The notes under the pieces were generated by a model. The model had not been told where the DNA came from. It searched no databases and saw only the letters and a program-made list of their open reading frames with translations. This document shows, one piece after another, positions 17,734 through 26,835 of a stretch of 42,581 nucleotides of DNA. The position numbers were made by a program, and so were the translations under genes. Source of the DNA: Trueperaceae bacterium (GTDB lineage Bacteria; Deinococcota; Deinococci; Deinococcales; Trueperaceae); the NCBI GenBank assembly GCA_035703635.1, contig DASSXV010000043.1:1-42581 (forward strand), given 5' to 3'. Position 1 is the stretch's first letter. Every line of letters begins with the position of its first letter.

Positions 17734-19580
17734 TGAACAAGGCCCTCAACCTACTCTTTCAACGGGTGCCAGACGAGAGCTTGTCGCAACAAGTACGCCT
17801 AGCGCGCTTGTGGTTGCCACTCACCATCGTCGGCGTCGTGATCGTCAACCAGTTGGTCGTCATACCGCGGGGTGGACCGCAGTTCCAGTTCTGGGCCCCG
17901 CTCCTCTTCTACGGCATCCTCGGTCCGTTGGCCACTTACGTGACCCTCAACTGGATCGCGACCGAAGCGAAATTGCACGAGAAGGCGCAAGCCGACCTGG
18001 CGCGCCTCTACGACGAGCTGCGCTCAAGTCACGAGCTGCTTGGTGCTATCCAGGACGTGACGCTGCGCTACGCTGCTGCGCCCGACCTCGAGGGCACCAT
18101 CGCCGTCGCGGCGCGCGGGGTAGCCAAGGTGACGGGGGCGGTTGCCGTTGGCCTCGTCGTTGGTCCGGCGGAGTTCGGGGCGTCGAACGGCGTTGGCTTG
18201 ACGCCCGCGCTCGCGGCCGAGACGCAAGAGCGCGATCGCAAGCTGCGCGCAGATGGCGCGGCGACCGCCGCAAGCGGTCACCTCGGCGAGTACCTGAGCC
18301 CAACGGGTGAGCGGCTCGCCGTCCTCAGCGCCCTCCTCACTTGGGGCGGCAAGGTGGAGGGCTCGCTCCACGCCTATTACCACGGGCAACCAGGCGAGGG
18401 CAGCCGCGAGGCGTTCAACATCCTCGCGTCGCAGTTCTCCGCGGTAGCCGATGCCACGAACCTGCGCATGCGTGACCTGCTCACCCTCATCGAAGTCGAC
18501 AGGCGCTTGCGGGCCGAGGGCAACCTCGAGCGCTTGCTTGACGCGGTTCTCAATGAGATGAAGACGCGCGTGGCAGCCACCGCTGGCGGCGTCTTCCTCC
18601 TCGACGAGGAGGCGCGGCTGCAACTGCGAGCTAGCACCGGCATCTCGCGGGTGGTGTCGCCGCCGCTCTGGAAGGTGGGCGAGGGCATCGTCGGCCGCGT
18701 CGCCCAGGCGCGTGAGCCGAGCGTCATCGAGGGCATAGGCGACGAGGAGCGCCAGGCCGCTGGCCCGCTCCTCAAAACCGCCGGTAGCGCCGTCCTGCTC
18801 CCACTAACGACCGATGACCGGCTCCTAGGCGTGATCGTGCTCTCGCACCCAGAAGTCGCCCACTTCGACCGCAGCGCCATCCCGTTCCTTGGGCTGCTTG
18901 CCTCGCAAGCCAGCTTGGCCGTCAGGAACGCCACCGCCTACCTGCAGTCGGAGGAGCTCGCGATCGTCGAGGAACGCACCCGTATCGCCCGTGAGATCCA
19001 CGACGGCGTCGCGCAACTCCTCGCGTTCACGCTCCTGAAACTCGACTTGGCTGACAGGCTGATGAACAAGGACCTCGATAAGGCCAAACTCGCCTTGGAG
19101 CAGGCGCGCTCGACGGTGAGGGAGACCATCAAGGAGCTGAGGCGCTCCATCTTCGCGCTGAGGCCCGTCGACCTCGAGCGTTACGGCTTCGTAGAAACCG
19201 TGCGCCGCTACCTAGTCGATTTCGGGCAGCAGAACGACATCCGCACTCAAGGCGTCGTCGACGACCTGCCTGACCTGTCGGTCAAGCAAGAGGCCATCCT
19301 CTTCCGCATCTTCCAGGAAGCCATGCACAACGTCGCCAAGCATGCCAAGGCCACGTCGGTGACCGTCCACCTCGGCACGGCGGCGGACGGCATGGCCTTC
19401 GTTACGGTCTCGGACGACGGTCACGGCTTCGACCCCCAGGCCGTCTCCGACCGCGTCACCTCGGCTGGCGGCCTCGGCTTGAGGCAGATGCGCGAGCGCG
19501 TCGAGGCGCGCGGCGGCAGGCTGGAAGTCATCTCTGGCGCAAGCGGAGGCACCACCATCTCGGCGGCCATCCCCGCCTGA
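17730..19580 (+). CDS. Membrane GAF-domain sensor histidine kinase (HisKA_3/NarX-like)
   Basis: Two TM segments, GAF regions, ERTRIAREIHDGVAQ H-box, FRIFQEAMHNVAKHA N-box, DDGHGFD, GLGLRQMRER. Confidence 0.93.
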   Translation: MMNKALNLLFQRVPDESLSQQVRLARLWLPLTIVGVVIVNQLVVIPRGGPQFQFWAPLLFYGILGPLATYVTLNWIATEAKLHEKAQADLARLYDELRSSHELLGAIQDVTLRYAAAPDLEGTIAVAARGVAKVTGAVAVGLVVGPAEFGASNGVGLTPALAAETQERDRKLRADGAATAASGHLGEYLSPTGERLAVLSALLTWGGKVEGSLHAYYHGQPGEGSREAFNILASQFSAVADATNLRMRDLLTLIEVDRRLRAEGNLERLLDAVLNEMKTRVAATAGGVFLLDEEARLQLRASTGISRVVSPPLWKVGEGIVGRVAQAREPSVIEGIGDEERQAAGPLLKTAGSAVLLPLTTDDRLLGVIVLSHPEVAHFDRSAIPFLGLLASQASLAVRNATAYLQSEELAIVEERTRIAREIHDGVAQLLAFTLLKLDLADRLMNKDLDKAKLALEQARSTVRETIKELRRSIFALRPVDLERYGFVETVRRYLVDFGQQNDIRTQGVVDDLPDLSVKQEAILFRIFQEAMHNVAKHAKATSVTVHLGTAADGMAFVTVSDDGHGFDPQAVSDRVTSAGGLGLRQMRERVEARGGRLEVISGASGGTTISAAIPA

Positions 19581-19613
19581 GCAAGCGCACCAGCCTAGCT
19601 AGCCGATACGAGG

Positions 19614-19642
19614 GCGGCGCCGGGAGCAACTCCCGGCGCCGC
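19614..19642. terminator. Hairpin between convergent kinase and rpmE genes
   Basis: Perfect 13-bp stem GCGGCGCCGGGAG-caa-CTCCCGGCGCCGC. Confidence 0.75.
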
Positions 19643-19661
19643 TAATTACCAGCCGCTAAGG

Positions 19662-19877
19662 TTACTTGGCGCGGCGGTAAGAATCGCCGAAGCGCTTCTG
19701 GAACTTCTCGACGCGGCCTTCGGTGTCAATGAAGCGCTGCTCGCCCGTGTAGAACGGGTGGTTGCCCGACCACACGTCTACGTGCAACTCAGGCTTGGTG
19801 CTGTACGTTTCCATGACGACTTCGCCGTCGCAGATGACCTTGCAGGCCACCATCTTCGGGTGAATGTTCTTCTTCAT
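19662..19877 (-). CDS. rpmE: 50S ribosomal protein L31, zinc-free type
   Basis: MKKNIHPK, DVWSGNHPFYTGEQRFIDTEGRVEKFQKRFG; GGAGG RBS. Confidence 0.97.
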   Translation of the reverse strand: MKKNIHPKMVACKVICDGEVVMETYSTKPELHVDVWSGNHPFYTGEQRFIDTEGRVEKFQKRFGDSYRRAK

Positions 19878-19943
19878 CGCGTTCCTCCACGGGTGGTTGC
19901 CCGACCCTAACCGAGCGATATTAGCATGGCAGTGGCGGTAAAG

Positions 19944-20375
19944 CTAACCCTGGTCTTTGCCCTGCGCCTTGACGAGTTGGCGCTTCACCCGCCCGACGAT
20001 CGCGCCCATGCCGCGCAGGCGCAAAGGCGAGATCAGCTCGGCCAGGCCCATGTCCTGGTAGAAGTCCTCCGGCACGGCCACGACCTCCGCGGCCGTGGCG
20101 CCAGCCAGTCCGGCGCTGATCACCGACGCGAAACCGCGCGTAGTTGGCGCCTCGGGTGGCGCGTCGAAGTAGAGCTCGACAACCCCAGTTGGGGAGAGGC
20201 CTGCCTTCAGGAAGAGGGGCGTCTGGCACTCATGTACGCGCTCGAGGTCCGTAGCCATGCCTGCCGGTAGTGGCGGGAGGCGGTTGGCGTACTCGAGCAG
20301 CAACGCCAGGCGCAGGGAGGGCGGCGCCTCCTTGAACTCGTCGACGATGGTTTGCAAGCCTGCTGGGATGCTCAC
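19944..20375 (-). CDS. sufE: SufE family cysteine desulfurase partner
   Basis: LLLEYANRLPPLP, VHECQTPLF, APTTRGFAS, ISPLRLRGM; GTG 20375 is 6 nt after TGcTAACCT. Confidence 0.9.
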   Translation of the reverse strand: MSIPAGLQTIVDEFKEAPPSLRLALLLEYANRLPPLPAGMATDLERVHECQTPLFLKAGLSPTGVVELYFDAPPEAPTTRGFASVISAGLAGATAAEVVAVPEDFYQDMGLAELISPLRLRGMGAIVGRVKRQLVKAQGKDQG

Positions 20376-20498
20376 CAGCACAGGTTAGCAGGGTGCGGCG
20401 CCAGCCCGCGTCTGTTGCCGCTAGCGGCGCTGGTGAGCACGTGCGGCCGGCTCCCGCGCCGTGGCCGTCAGTGGGCGCGGTGTATCCTGGCGACGCTG

Positions 20499-21806
20499 AT
20501 GGTACGCCTACCCCCGACTATTGCTATTGGTCCGCAGGGCGCCGCTCGAGGCGCCCTGCGCGTTCCCGGCTCCAAGAGCCTGACGAACCGTGCCCTCATC
20601 ACCGCCGCGCTTGCAGAAGGCGAGACGCTGTTGCGGGGCGCGCTCGTGGCTGAGGACTCCGAGGTCATGCTCCGCGCCCTCGGCGCGTTAGGCGTGAGAG
20701 TGGAGGCCGTCGGCAGCGAACTGCGGGTTCACGGCGCAGCTGGCCCGGCGCCAGCGCACGCCGCCGACCTAGACCTGCGCCTCTCCGGCACTAGCTTGCG
20801 CTTCCTCGTCGCCATGGTGGCGTTGGGGCGCGGGCGCTTCCGGCTAGACGGCAACGAGCGCATGCGCGAACGCCCCATCCAAGAGTCGCTCGACGCCCTC
20901 AACGCGCTAGGCGCGAACGCCGTTAGCGAGCAAGCGAACGGCTGTCCACCGGTCGTGGTGGAGGCCCATGGCCTCAAAGGCGGCGAGCTGGTCGTGAGGG
21001 GCGACCGCAGTTCGCAGTTCCTCTCAGGGCTGCTGTTGTCCGCCCCGTACGCCCGTGGGCCCGTGACGTTGAAGGTCACGGGGGAACTGCTCTCCAAACC
21101 GTTCATCGACATGACGATCGACATGATGCGCGACTTCGGCGTTAACGTCCTGCGCGACGGTTACCGCTCCTTCAGCGTCGTGCCAACCAAGTACGGGGCC
21201 CGCGATTATCAGGTGGAGGGCGACGCCATGGCCGCAGGCTACTTCTGGGCGGCGGCGGCCGTAACAGGCGGTCAGGTGACGATCTCCAACCTTGGCCGCA
21301 ACACGCGTCAAGGCGACGCGCGCTTAGCGAGCGTGCTCGAAGAGATGGGCTGCGAAGTCGCTTGGGGCGATGACCAAGTGAGCGTGAGGGGGCCGCGCGG
21401 CGGCCGCCTGCGCGGCGGGCAGAGCTTCGACCTCAATGACATGCCAGATCAAGCGCAGACGCTGGCGGTCGTCGCCCTCTTCGCGGACGCGCCCGTGCGC
21501 ATCTTCGACGTCGGCAACATGCGCATCAAGGAGACGGATCGGTTAGCCGCGATGACGGCAGAGTTGACTCGCCTCGGCGCGCTCGTAGAGGAGGGCGACT
21601 CCGAGTTGACGGTGCACCCTCTCACCACGCCACCTGAAGCGCCGGTAGCGCTGGAGACGTATGGCGATCACCGCATGGCCATGGCGTTGGCGGTGGCTGG
21701 CGCCCGCATACCGAACGTCGTCATCCGCGACCCGGGCTGCGTGGCGAAGACCTACCCGCGCTTCTTCGATGACTACCTCGCTTACCTCTCGGGGGCCCTC
21801 GGATGA
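20499..21806 (+). CDS. aroA: 3-phosphoshikimate 1-carboxyvinyltransferase (EPSP synthase)
   Basis: VPGSKSLTNRAL, SSQFLSGLL, RIKETDRL, TYGDHRMAM, CVAKTYPRFF. Confidence 0.97.
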   Translation: MVRLPPTIAIGPQGAARGALRVPGSKSLTNRALITAALAEGETLLRGALVAEDSEVMLRALGALGVRVEAVGSELRVHGAAGPAPAHAADLDLRLSGTSLRFLVAMVALGRGRFRLDGNERMRERPIQESLDALNALGANAVSEQANGCPPVVVEAHGLKGGELVVRGDRSSQFLSGLLLSAPYARGPVTLKVTGELLSKPFIDMTIDMMRDFGVNVLRDGYRSFSVVPTKYGARDYQVEGDAMAAGYFWAAAAVTGGQVTISNLGRNTRQGDARLASVLEEMGCEVAWGDDQVSVRGPRGGRLRGGQSFDLNDMPDQAQTLAVVALFADAPVRIFDVGNMRIKETDRLAAMTAELTRLGALVEEGDSELTVHPLTTPPEAPVALETYGDHRMAMALAVAGARIPNVVIRDPGCVAKTYPRFFDDYLAYLSGALG

Positions 21807-22507
21807 GCGAGTACTCACCCCGCGACGACCTGACGGCGCCGGCGGAGCCAAGCCAACGTACGGTCATAACCATCGACGGCCCGGCTGCGAGCGGCAAGTC
21901 GAGCGTCGCGCGGCTCCTGGCCCAACGCCTCGGCGTGGCATACGTGTCGAGCGGGCTGCTCTACCGCGCGGCCACCCTCATGGCGCTGCGCCAACGAGTG
22001 CCGGTACAGGACGAGGGAGCGCTGCTCGACCTCCTTAAGCGGCAGGACGTGCGACTGCACCCTGAGGCGAGCAGGAACAGCGTGACCATCGACTGGGTCG
22101 ACGTCACAGACGACCTGCACACCGATGCGGTCGACGCAAGCGTCTCCGTCGTCGCCAAGCATCCGCGCGTGCGCGCTTGGGTCAACGACCGCCTGCGCGA
22201 GATGGGCGGCTCCTTCGTCATCGACGGCCGCGACATGGGCACGAACGTGTTCCCAGACGCCAGCGCGAAGTTCTACCTGACCGCCGACGCAGGCGTGCGC
22301 GCACGTCGCCGCGCAGGCGAACGCGGCGCCGACCTCGAGCTGATAACGAGTGAACTAGTGAGGCGCGACGAGCGCGACCAAGTGCAACTTGCGCCCGCAG
22401 CGGACGCCATCACCATCGACACCGGCCCACTAACCCTCGCTGAAGTAGTCGAGCAGGTCCTCACGGCCGTACTACGCGTGCTGCCCTCCAAAGTGGTCAG
22501 CCCGTGA
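21803..22507 (+). CDS. cmk: Cytidylate kinase
   Basis: ITIDGPAASGKSSVA, SGLLYRA, IDGRDMGTNVFPDA; aroA-cmk synteny. Confidence 0.96.
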   Translation: MSEYSPRDDLTAPAEPSQRTVITIDGPAASGKSSVARLLAQRLGVAYVSSGLLYRAATLMALRQRVPVQDEGALLDLLKRQDVRLHPEASRNSVTIDWVDVTDDLHTDAVDASVSVVAKHPRVRAWVNDRLREMGGSFVIDGRDMGTNVFPDASAKFYLTADAGVRARRRAGERGADLELITSELVRRDERDQVQLAPAADAITIDTGPLTLAEVVEQVLTAVLRVLPSKVVSP

Positions 22508-23391
22508 CGGGCGCCGCCCACTTCACGCTACCCGTACGGGAGTTGGGTCTCGTCGTCATCGCGAGCACGAGCCACAAACCGGAGGCGCACCCGCTAGCGC
22601 GTGAGCTCGGTGAACTGCTTGGGCGCGGCGGTGCCACCGTTGAGTTCGACCTCGACGGGTCCGGCATCTTGGAACAGCGCGCGCTAGACGCCGACCTGGC
22701 CATTTCTGTCGGCGGGGACGGTACCCTGCTCTCCGCGGCGCGCCGACTAGCAGGGCTTCGCGTACCCCTCATGGGCGTCAACCTAGGCAAGCTTGGGTTC
22801 CTCGCGGAGTTCGGCGCTGACGAAGCGCTGGAGTACGCCAGGTCGGGCGAAGCACCTAACTGGCCACTGCGCGAGAAGATGATGTTGCGCGTGAGGATCG
22901 CGGGTCGCCCAGGCGAGCGCCATGCACTGAACGACGTCATGCTCTCGCAAGGGGTCATGACGCGCCTCGTGCGCGTGCGCATGCGCGTCGACGGGGCGTA
23001 CGCGACCGAGTACCGCGCCGACGGCCTCGTGGTATCGACTCCCGTCGGCTCGACCGCCTACTCGCTCTCGCTCGGAGGGCCGATCATAGACCACGACCTG
23101 CGCGCCCTCGTAGTAACGCCCGTTGCTCCCCACAGTCTGACCAACAGGCCGATTGTGCTGCCAGGCGCAGCCGAGATCGGTCTCGAGATACTCAGCCGCT
23201 CCGACGAGATCGCCATGGTCATCGACGGGCAGGAACGAGTCGACCTCGAGGTCGGCGACACCATCCTCCTCACCGCTGCCGCGCACGGCCTGCAACTCGT
23301 CACTAGCGGCAAGCGAACCGCCTTCGACGTGCTGCGCCACAAGCTGGCGTGGGGTGAGGGCCCGCTACCACCGCTCCCACACGAGGCATGA
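22504..23391 (+). CDS. nadK: NAD(+) kinase
   Basis: GGDGTLL, GVNLGKLGFL, ALND, ADGLVVSTPVGSTAYSLSLGGPI. Confidence 0.95.
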   Translation: MTGAAHFTLPVRELGLVVIASTSHKPEAHPLARELGELLGRGGATVEFDLDGSGILEQRALDADLAISVGGDGTLLSAARRLAGLRVPLMGVNLGKLGFLAEFGADEALEYARSGEAPNWPLREKMMLRVRIAGRPGERHALNDVMLSQGVMTRLVRVRMRVDGAYATEYRADGLVVSTPVGSTAYSLSLGGPIIDHDLRALVVTPVAPHSLTNRPIVLPGAAEIGLEILSRSDEIAMVIDGQERVDLEVGDTILLTAAAHGLQLVTSGKRTAFDVLRHKLAWGEGPLPPLPHEA

Positions 23392-24578
23392 CCACCAAGC
23401 GAACCCTCCTGGTCGTAGCCAACGGGCACGGCGAGGACGTGGTGGCTGGTCGCGTCATCGCCGCACTACTGGCACTACGGCCGGAGCAGCGTGTCGAGGC
23501 CATCCCGATCGTTGGCGAGGGCGGCGCGCTCGCTGCCGCCGGTGCCACCCTCGTCGGGCCGCGGCGCGCGCTGCCGTCTGGCGGAGTAACCATGCACGCT
23601 TGGCGTCACTTGCGCGCCGACGTGCGCGCTGGCCTAATCGGACTAAGCGTCAGGCAGGCAACGTGGCTCGCGCGCGCGAAGCCGGACGCCGTCCTGGTCG
23701 TCGGCGACTTCTACGCTGAACTGCTCGCCAGCCTCACGCGCGCGCCGCGCCGCTTGCTGCAGACCCTGGTATCCGTCCACCATGAGCACCCTGGCGGTGG
23801 CAGGGCGGGCCGCTACTTCATGGATGGCTTCCGCGCGCCGGAACTCATGCTCATGCGCCGCTTCGACAAGGTGTACGCCCGCGACAGCGCAACGGCAGAC
23901 AAGCTGCGCGCTTTAGGCGTCCCGCGCGCGACGTCGCTTGGTAACCCGATGATGGACGGCCTGGCTGGCGAACCGTTGGCGGGGGCGCCACAGTCGTTCG
24001 TTGGCCCACGAGTTGCCATGCTGCCAGGCAGCCGCGCGTACTCCGTGCGCAGCGTACTCGTCATGATCGCCGCCCTCGAGCGCCTACCAGGCGCGCTCGG
24101 GATGGTGTCGTGGACGTTAGGGCCGCCGCCCGCGCCGCCGCCGGGTTGGGAGAGCGACGTCGTGGACACTGCAGGCGTAGTAGCTGCGTGGCGCCTTGGG
24201 GCCACGCGCCTCTGGTGGATCGTCGACCGCTTCGCGAGCGTCTTGCGCACGGCGGACGTCGCCGTAGGCACCGCGGGTACCGCGAACGAACAGGCGGTTG
24301 GCCTTGGCGTGCCCCTCGTCGTCTTCCCACTCCCGCCGGATTACTCGGAAGCGTTCGTCGCCAACCAAGCGAGGCTCCTCGGCGGCGGCGTTACGATCTG
24401 CGCTCCGCGGCCCGAGGCGCTGGCCGCGGCGCTCAACGCCACCTGGCGCGACCGCACTGCGCGCGAGCGCGCCATGCAAGCTGGGGCGGAGCGCATGGGC
24501 GCGCCCGGCGCGAGCCGCGCGCTGGCAGGCGAACTCGTCGAGTGGCTGGAAGGCCCCCTCGTACGGACTGGCGAGTGA
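23388..24578 (+). CDS. Lipid-A-disaccharide synthase-related GT-B protein (TIGR03492-like)
   Basis: ANGHGEDVVA, PIVGEG, ARDSATA, LGNPMMDGL, LPGSR, AGTANEQAVGLGVP. Confidence 0.82.
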   Translation: MTTKRTLLVVANGHGEDVVAGRVIAALLALRPEQRVEAIPIVGEGGALAAAGATLVGPRRALPSGGVTMHAWRHLRADVRAGLIGLSVRQATWLARAKPDAVLVVGDFYAELLASLTRAPRRLLQTLVSVHHEHPGGGRAGRYFMDGFRAPELMLMRRFDKVYARDSATADKLRALGVPRATSLGNPMMDGLAGEPLAGAPQSFVGPRVAMLPGSRAYSVRSVLVMIAALERLPGALGMVSWTLGPPPAPPPGWESDVVDTAGVVAAWRLGATRLWWIVDRFASVLRTADVAVGTAGTANEQAVGLGVPLVVFPLPPDYSEAFVANQARLLGGGVTICAPRPEALAAALNATWRDRTARERAMQAGAERMGAPGASRALAGELVEWLEGPLVRTGE

Positions 24579-25652
24579 TCAGCTGGTGACGCTGACGGCG
24601 GCGCCGCGCACGGTGGTGGCGACGGTCTCGCCGAGGAGCTCAGCTAAGCGCGAGAGGCAGCGGTAGTACTTCTTGGCGTAGGCACCGTCGCGGTAACTCA
24701 CGTCGAAGACGTCCTGCAGCGGCCCGACGCCGCTGGCGCGCAACACCACCTGGCGGTCGTACGCCTTGTCGATGAAGTGGACGAAGCGCAGCGCGTCGTT
24801 CTGCGAGACGAGTGGCGCTACCCCGTGCAAGTAGATGCTCCCGACCTGCGCGAGCACCCCACCGACCCGCGTCGGGTGAATGGAGCGCAGCACCCTCATC
24901 AGGTCGTCGAAGGTGAGGGAGAGTCGCGGGCTGGGCGCTAGCTCATTCTGCTCGAGCGCCACCAACTCCTCCTCAGACAACCATGCGCCCTGACGCGTGC
25001 GCTGTCTGAAGTCCGGGCCACCAACCGGAACGACTTGAAATGAGGCGGCAAGCGACTGGATCTCCCGCCGGAAGTCATCCGCGTTGAAGCGCCCGTGACC
25101 TTGCGCTGCTGGCGGGGTGTTCGAGGTGGTCACCACTGCGGTTCCACCTGCGAAACGCGCAGCTAGGAAGGTCTTGACTATGAGGGTGTTGCCCGGATCG
25201 TCGAGCTCGAACTCGTCGATGCACAAGAGCTCGGTAGCGCCGAACTCGGCGTGCGCACCAGGCATGCCAAGGACGCCGATGAGGTACACGAGCTCTTGGA
25301 AGCTGAGGTAGCGCTTCGAAGCCGTGTCCGCCGCCGCGTAAGTGGCGGCGAGCAAGTGGGTCTTCCCGACTCCGAAGCCACCGTCGAGGTAGAGGCCGGC
25401 CGGCGCTGGCGCGGCCGCCTGTTGCCAAGGCCACTTGACGGACGGCAGGCGCTTGTTGGCGGCGGCCGCGCGGTGACGCCATGGGCGCCCCAGCACGAAC
25501 TCGCGCAGTTGGTCTCGCGCGTCCGCCTGGGTTGGGTGTTGCGGTTCGTAGGTCTCGAAGGCGACGTCCGCGAAGCGCTTCGGCGGCCTCAGGTCCTGTG
25601 GTGACGGTGGGGGAGGGGGCCTCAAGTCCGCCACCGACAGCAGCTTGGTCAC
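24579..25652 (-). CDS. zapE: AFG1/ZapE family ATPase
   Basis: GLYLDGGFGVGKTHLLA, LLCIDEFELDDPGNT, TSNTPP, ALRFVHFIDKAYD, RCLSRL; start moved to GTG 25652 because the ORF-track extension runs antisense through the riboswitch. Confidence 0.9.
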   Translation of the reverse strand: MTKLLSVADLRPPPPPSPQDLRPPKRFADVAFETYEPQHPTQADARDQLREFVLGRPWRHRAAAANKRLPSVKWPWQQAAAPAPAGLYLDGGFGVGKTHLLAATYAAADTASKRYLSFQELVYLIGVLGMPGAHAEFGATELLCIDEFELDDPGNTLIVKTFLAARFAGGTAVVTTSNTPPAAQGHGRFNADDFRREIQSLAASFQVVPVGGPDFRQRTRQGAWLSEEELVALEQNELAPSPRLSLTFDDLMRVLRSIHPTRVGGVLAQVGSIYLHGVAPLVSQNDALRFVHFIDKAYDRQVVLRASGVGPLQDVFDVSYRDGAYAKKYYRCLSRLAELLGETVATTVRGAAVSVTS

Positions 25653-25673
25653 GGACGGGAGCCTACCATCTCG

Positions 25674-25702
25674 TTGACACCCGCTCGGGCTCGCCGTAGA
25701 GT
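25674..25702 (+). promoter_or_regulatory. Sigma70 promoter of the btu operon
   Basis: TTGACA (25674-25679), 17 nt, TAGAGT (25697-25702). Confidence 0.75.
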
Positions 25703-25708
25703 GCCCTT

Positions 25709-25842
25709 GGTCGCCCTCTCGGGGAAGCCGGTGTGATCCCGGCGCTGTCCCGCAACGGTAAGCCGAACCGCTAACGGCGGTAAGGACGAGTCCGAACACC
25801 GACTGGCGAACTTCACTGCACCCCTTGCGTGGACGAGGGAGG
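25709..25842 (+). ncRNA. Cobalamin riboswitch (compact form)
   Basis: GGGAA-gccGGTG...CCGGCGCTGTCCCGCAACGGTAA core and AGTCCGAACACC B12-box-like segment, upstream of btuFCD. Confidence 0.9.
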
Positions 25843-25931
25843 TAGGGCCGCCAGTTAGCTGGCGTCGCCACGACCTCGAACCCCCGGTTAGCAACCGGCA
25901 CCCTCAAACCCGCAGGCCGAAGGAGAGCTCC

Positions 25932-26816
25932 ATGTTCCGACGCCTGACCCTTCTCGCCGTAACCCTGCTCTTGCTTGGAAGCGGCGCCTTCGCCACCACG
26001 TACCCCGTGACGGTCGTCGATGACCTGGGGCGCGACGTGACGTTAACGGCCGCGCCGCAGCGCGTGATCAGCATGCTCCCAAGCCACACGGAGAGCGTCT
26101 GCGCGATCGAAGCCTGCGACTTGCTCATCGGCGTGGACCGCCACAGCAACTACCCCGCGCAGGTGACTGGCCTGCCGCAGCTCGGCGACGCCTTCGCGCC
26201 CGACCTCGAGGCCGTCCTGGCCCTCGACCCTGACTTCGTGCTCGTAGACGAGTACAGCGGCCTGCAGGCGCCACTGACCGACCTTGGCATCACCGTGTTC
26301 GCCGGGTCGCCGCAAACCATCGACGAGACGACGGCGTTCCTCTTGCTGCTTGGCACCATGCTCGACCGCGAGACCGAGGCGGCCGTGCTCGTCGGGCAGC
26401 TCGAGGGCGAGATCAAAGGCGTCGCCGCCGTGCTGACCGGCGTGACCGGCCCGCGTGTGTTCGTCGAACTGGATCCGACTCCGTACTCGATCGGTCCCAG
26501 CTCTTACATCGGTGAGTTAGTCGCCGCGGCCGGCGGTGTCAACATCGTCACGGAGGCGATGGGCGAGTTCCCGCAGGTCGACCCTGAGTACGTCGTGCTC
26601 CAAGACCCGCAAGTGATCGTGCTAACCGACGCCCCCTTCGGCGTAACCGCTGACTCGGTAGCGGCTAGGCCCGGTTGGAGCGCCATTGAGGCGGTGGTCG
26701 ATGGCCGCGTTTACGAGCTCGATACGGCCGCGGCGGACATCATCAGCCGCTCTGGCCCGCGCATGGGTGAGGCCGTGAGACTACTCGCGGCGCTCTTCCA
26801 CCCTGGACTCTTCTGA
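25932..26816 (+). CDS. btuF: Cobalamin ABC transporter substrate-binding protein
   Basis: YPVTVVDDLGRDV, PQRVISMLPSHTE, LIGVDRHSNYP, RPGWSAIEAVVDGRVY, SRSGPR; riboswitch upstream. Confidence 0.88.
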   Translation: MFRRLTLLAVTLLLLGSGAFATTYPVTVVDDLGRDVTLTAAPQRVISMLPSHTESVCAIEACDLLIGVDRHSNYPAQVTGLPQLGDAFAPDLEAVLALDPDFVLVDEYSGLQAPLTDLGITVFAGSPQTIDETTAFLLLLGTMLDRETEAAVLVGQLEGEIKGVAAVLTGVTGPRVFVELDPTPYSIGPSSYIGELVAAAGGVNIVTEAMGEFPQVDPEYVVLQDPQVIVLTDAPFGVTADSVAARPGWSAIEAVVDGRVYELDTAAADIISRSGPRMGEAVRLLAALFHPGLF

Positions 26817-26835
26817 AGGCTAGCCGGGGACAGCA

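Noticed and set aside
20352-20498. Extended aroA N-terminus overlapping sufE
   Set aside because: It covers the divergent promoter region; homology starts near ATG 20499.
25653-25907. Long N-terminal extension of zapE containing YRCGTAPGSHRLP
   Set aside because: This is the reverse-strand translation of the cobalamin riboswitch.
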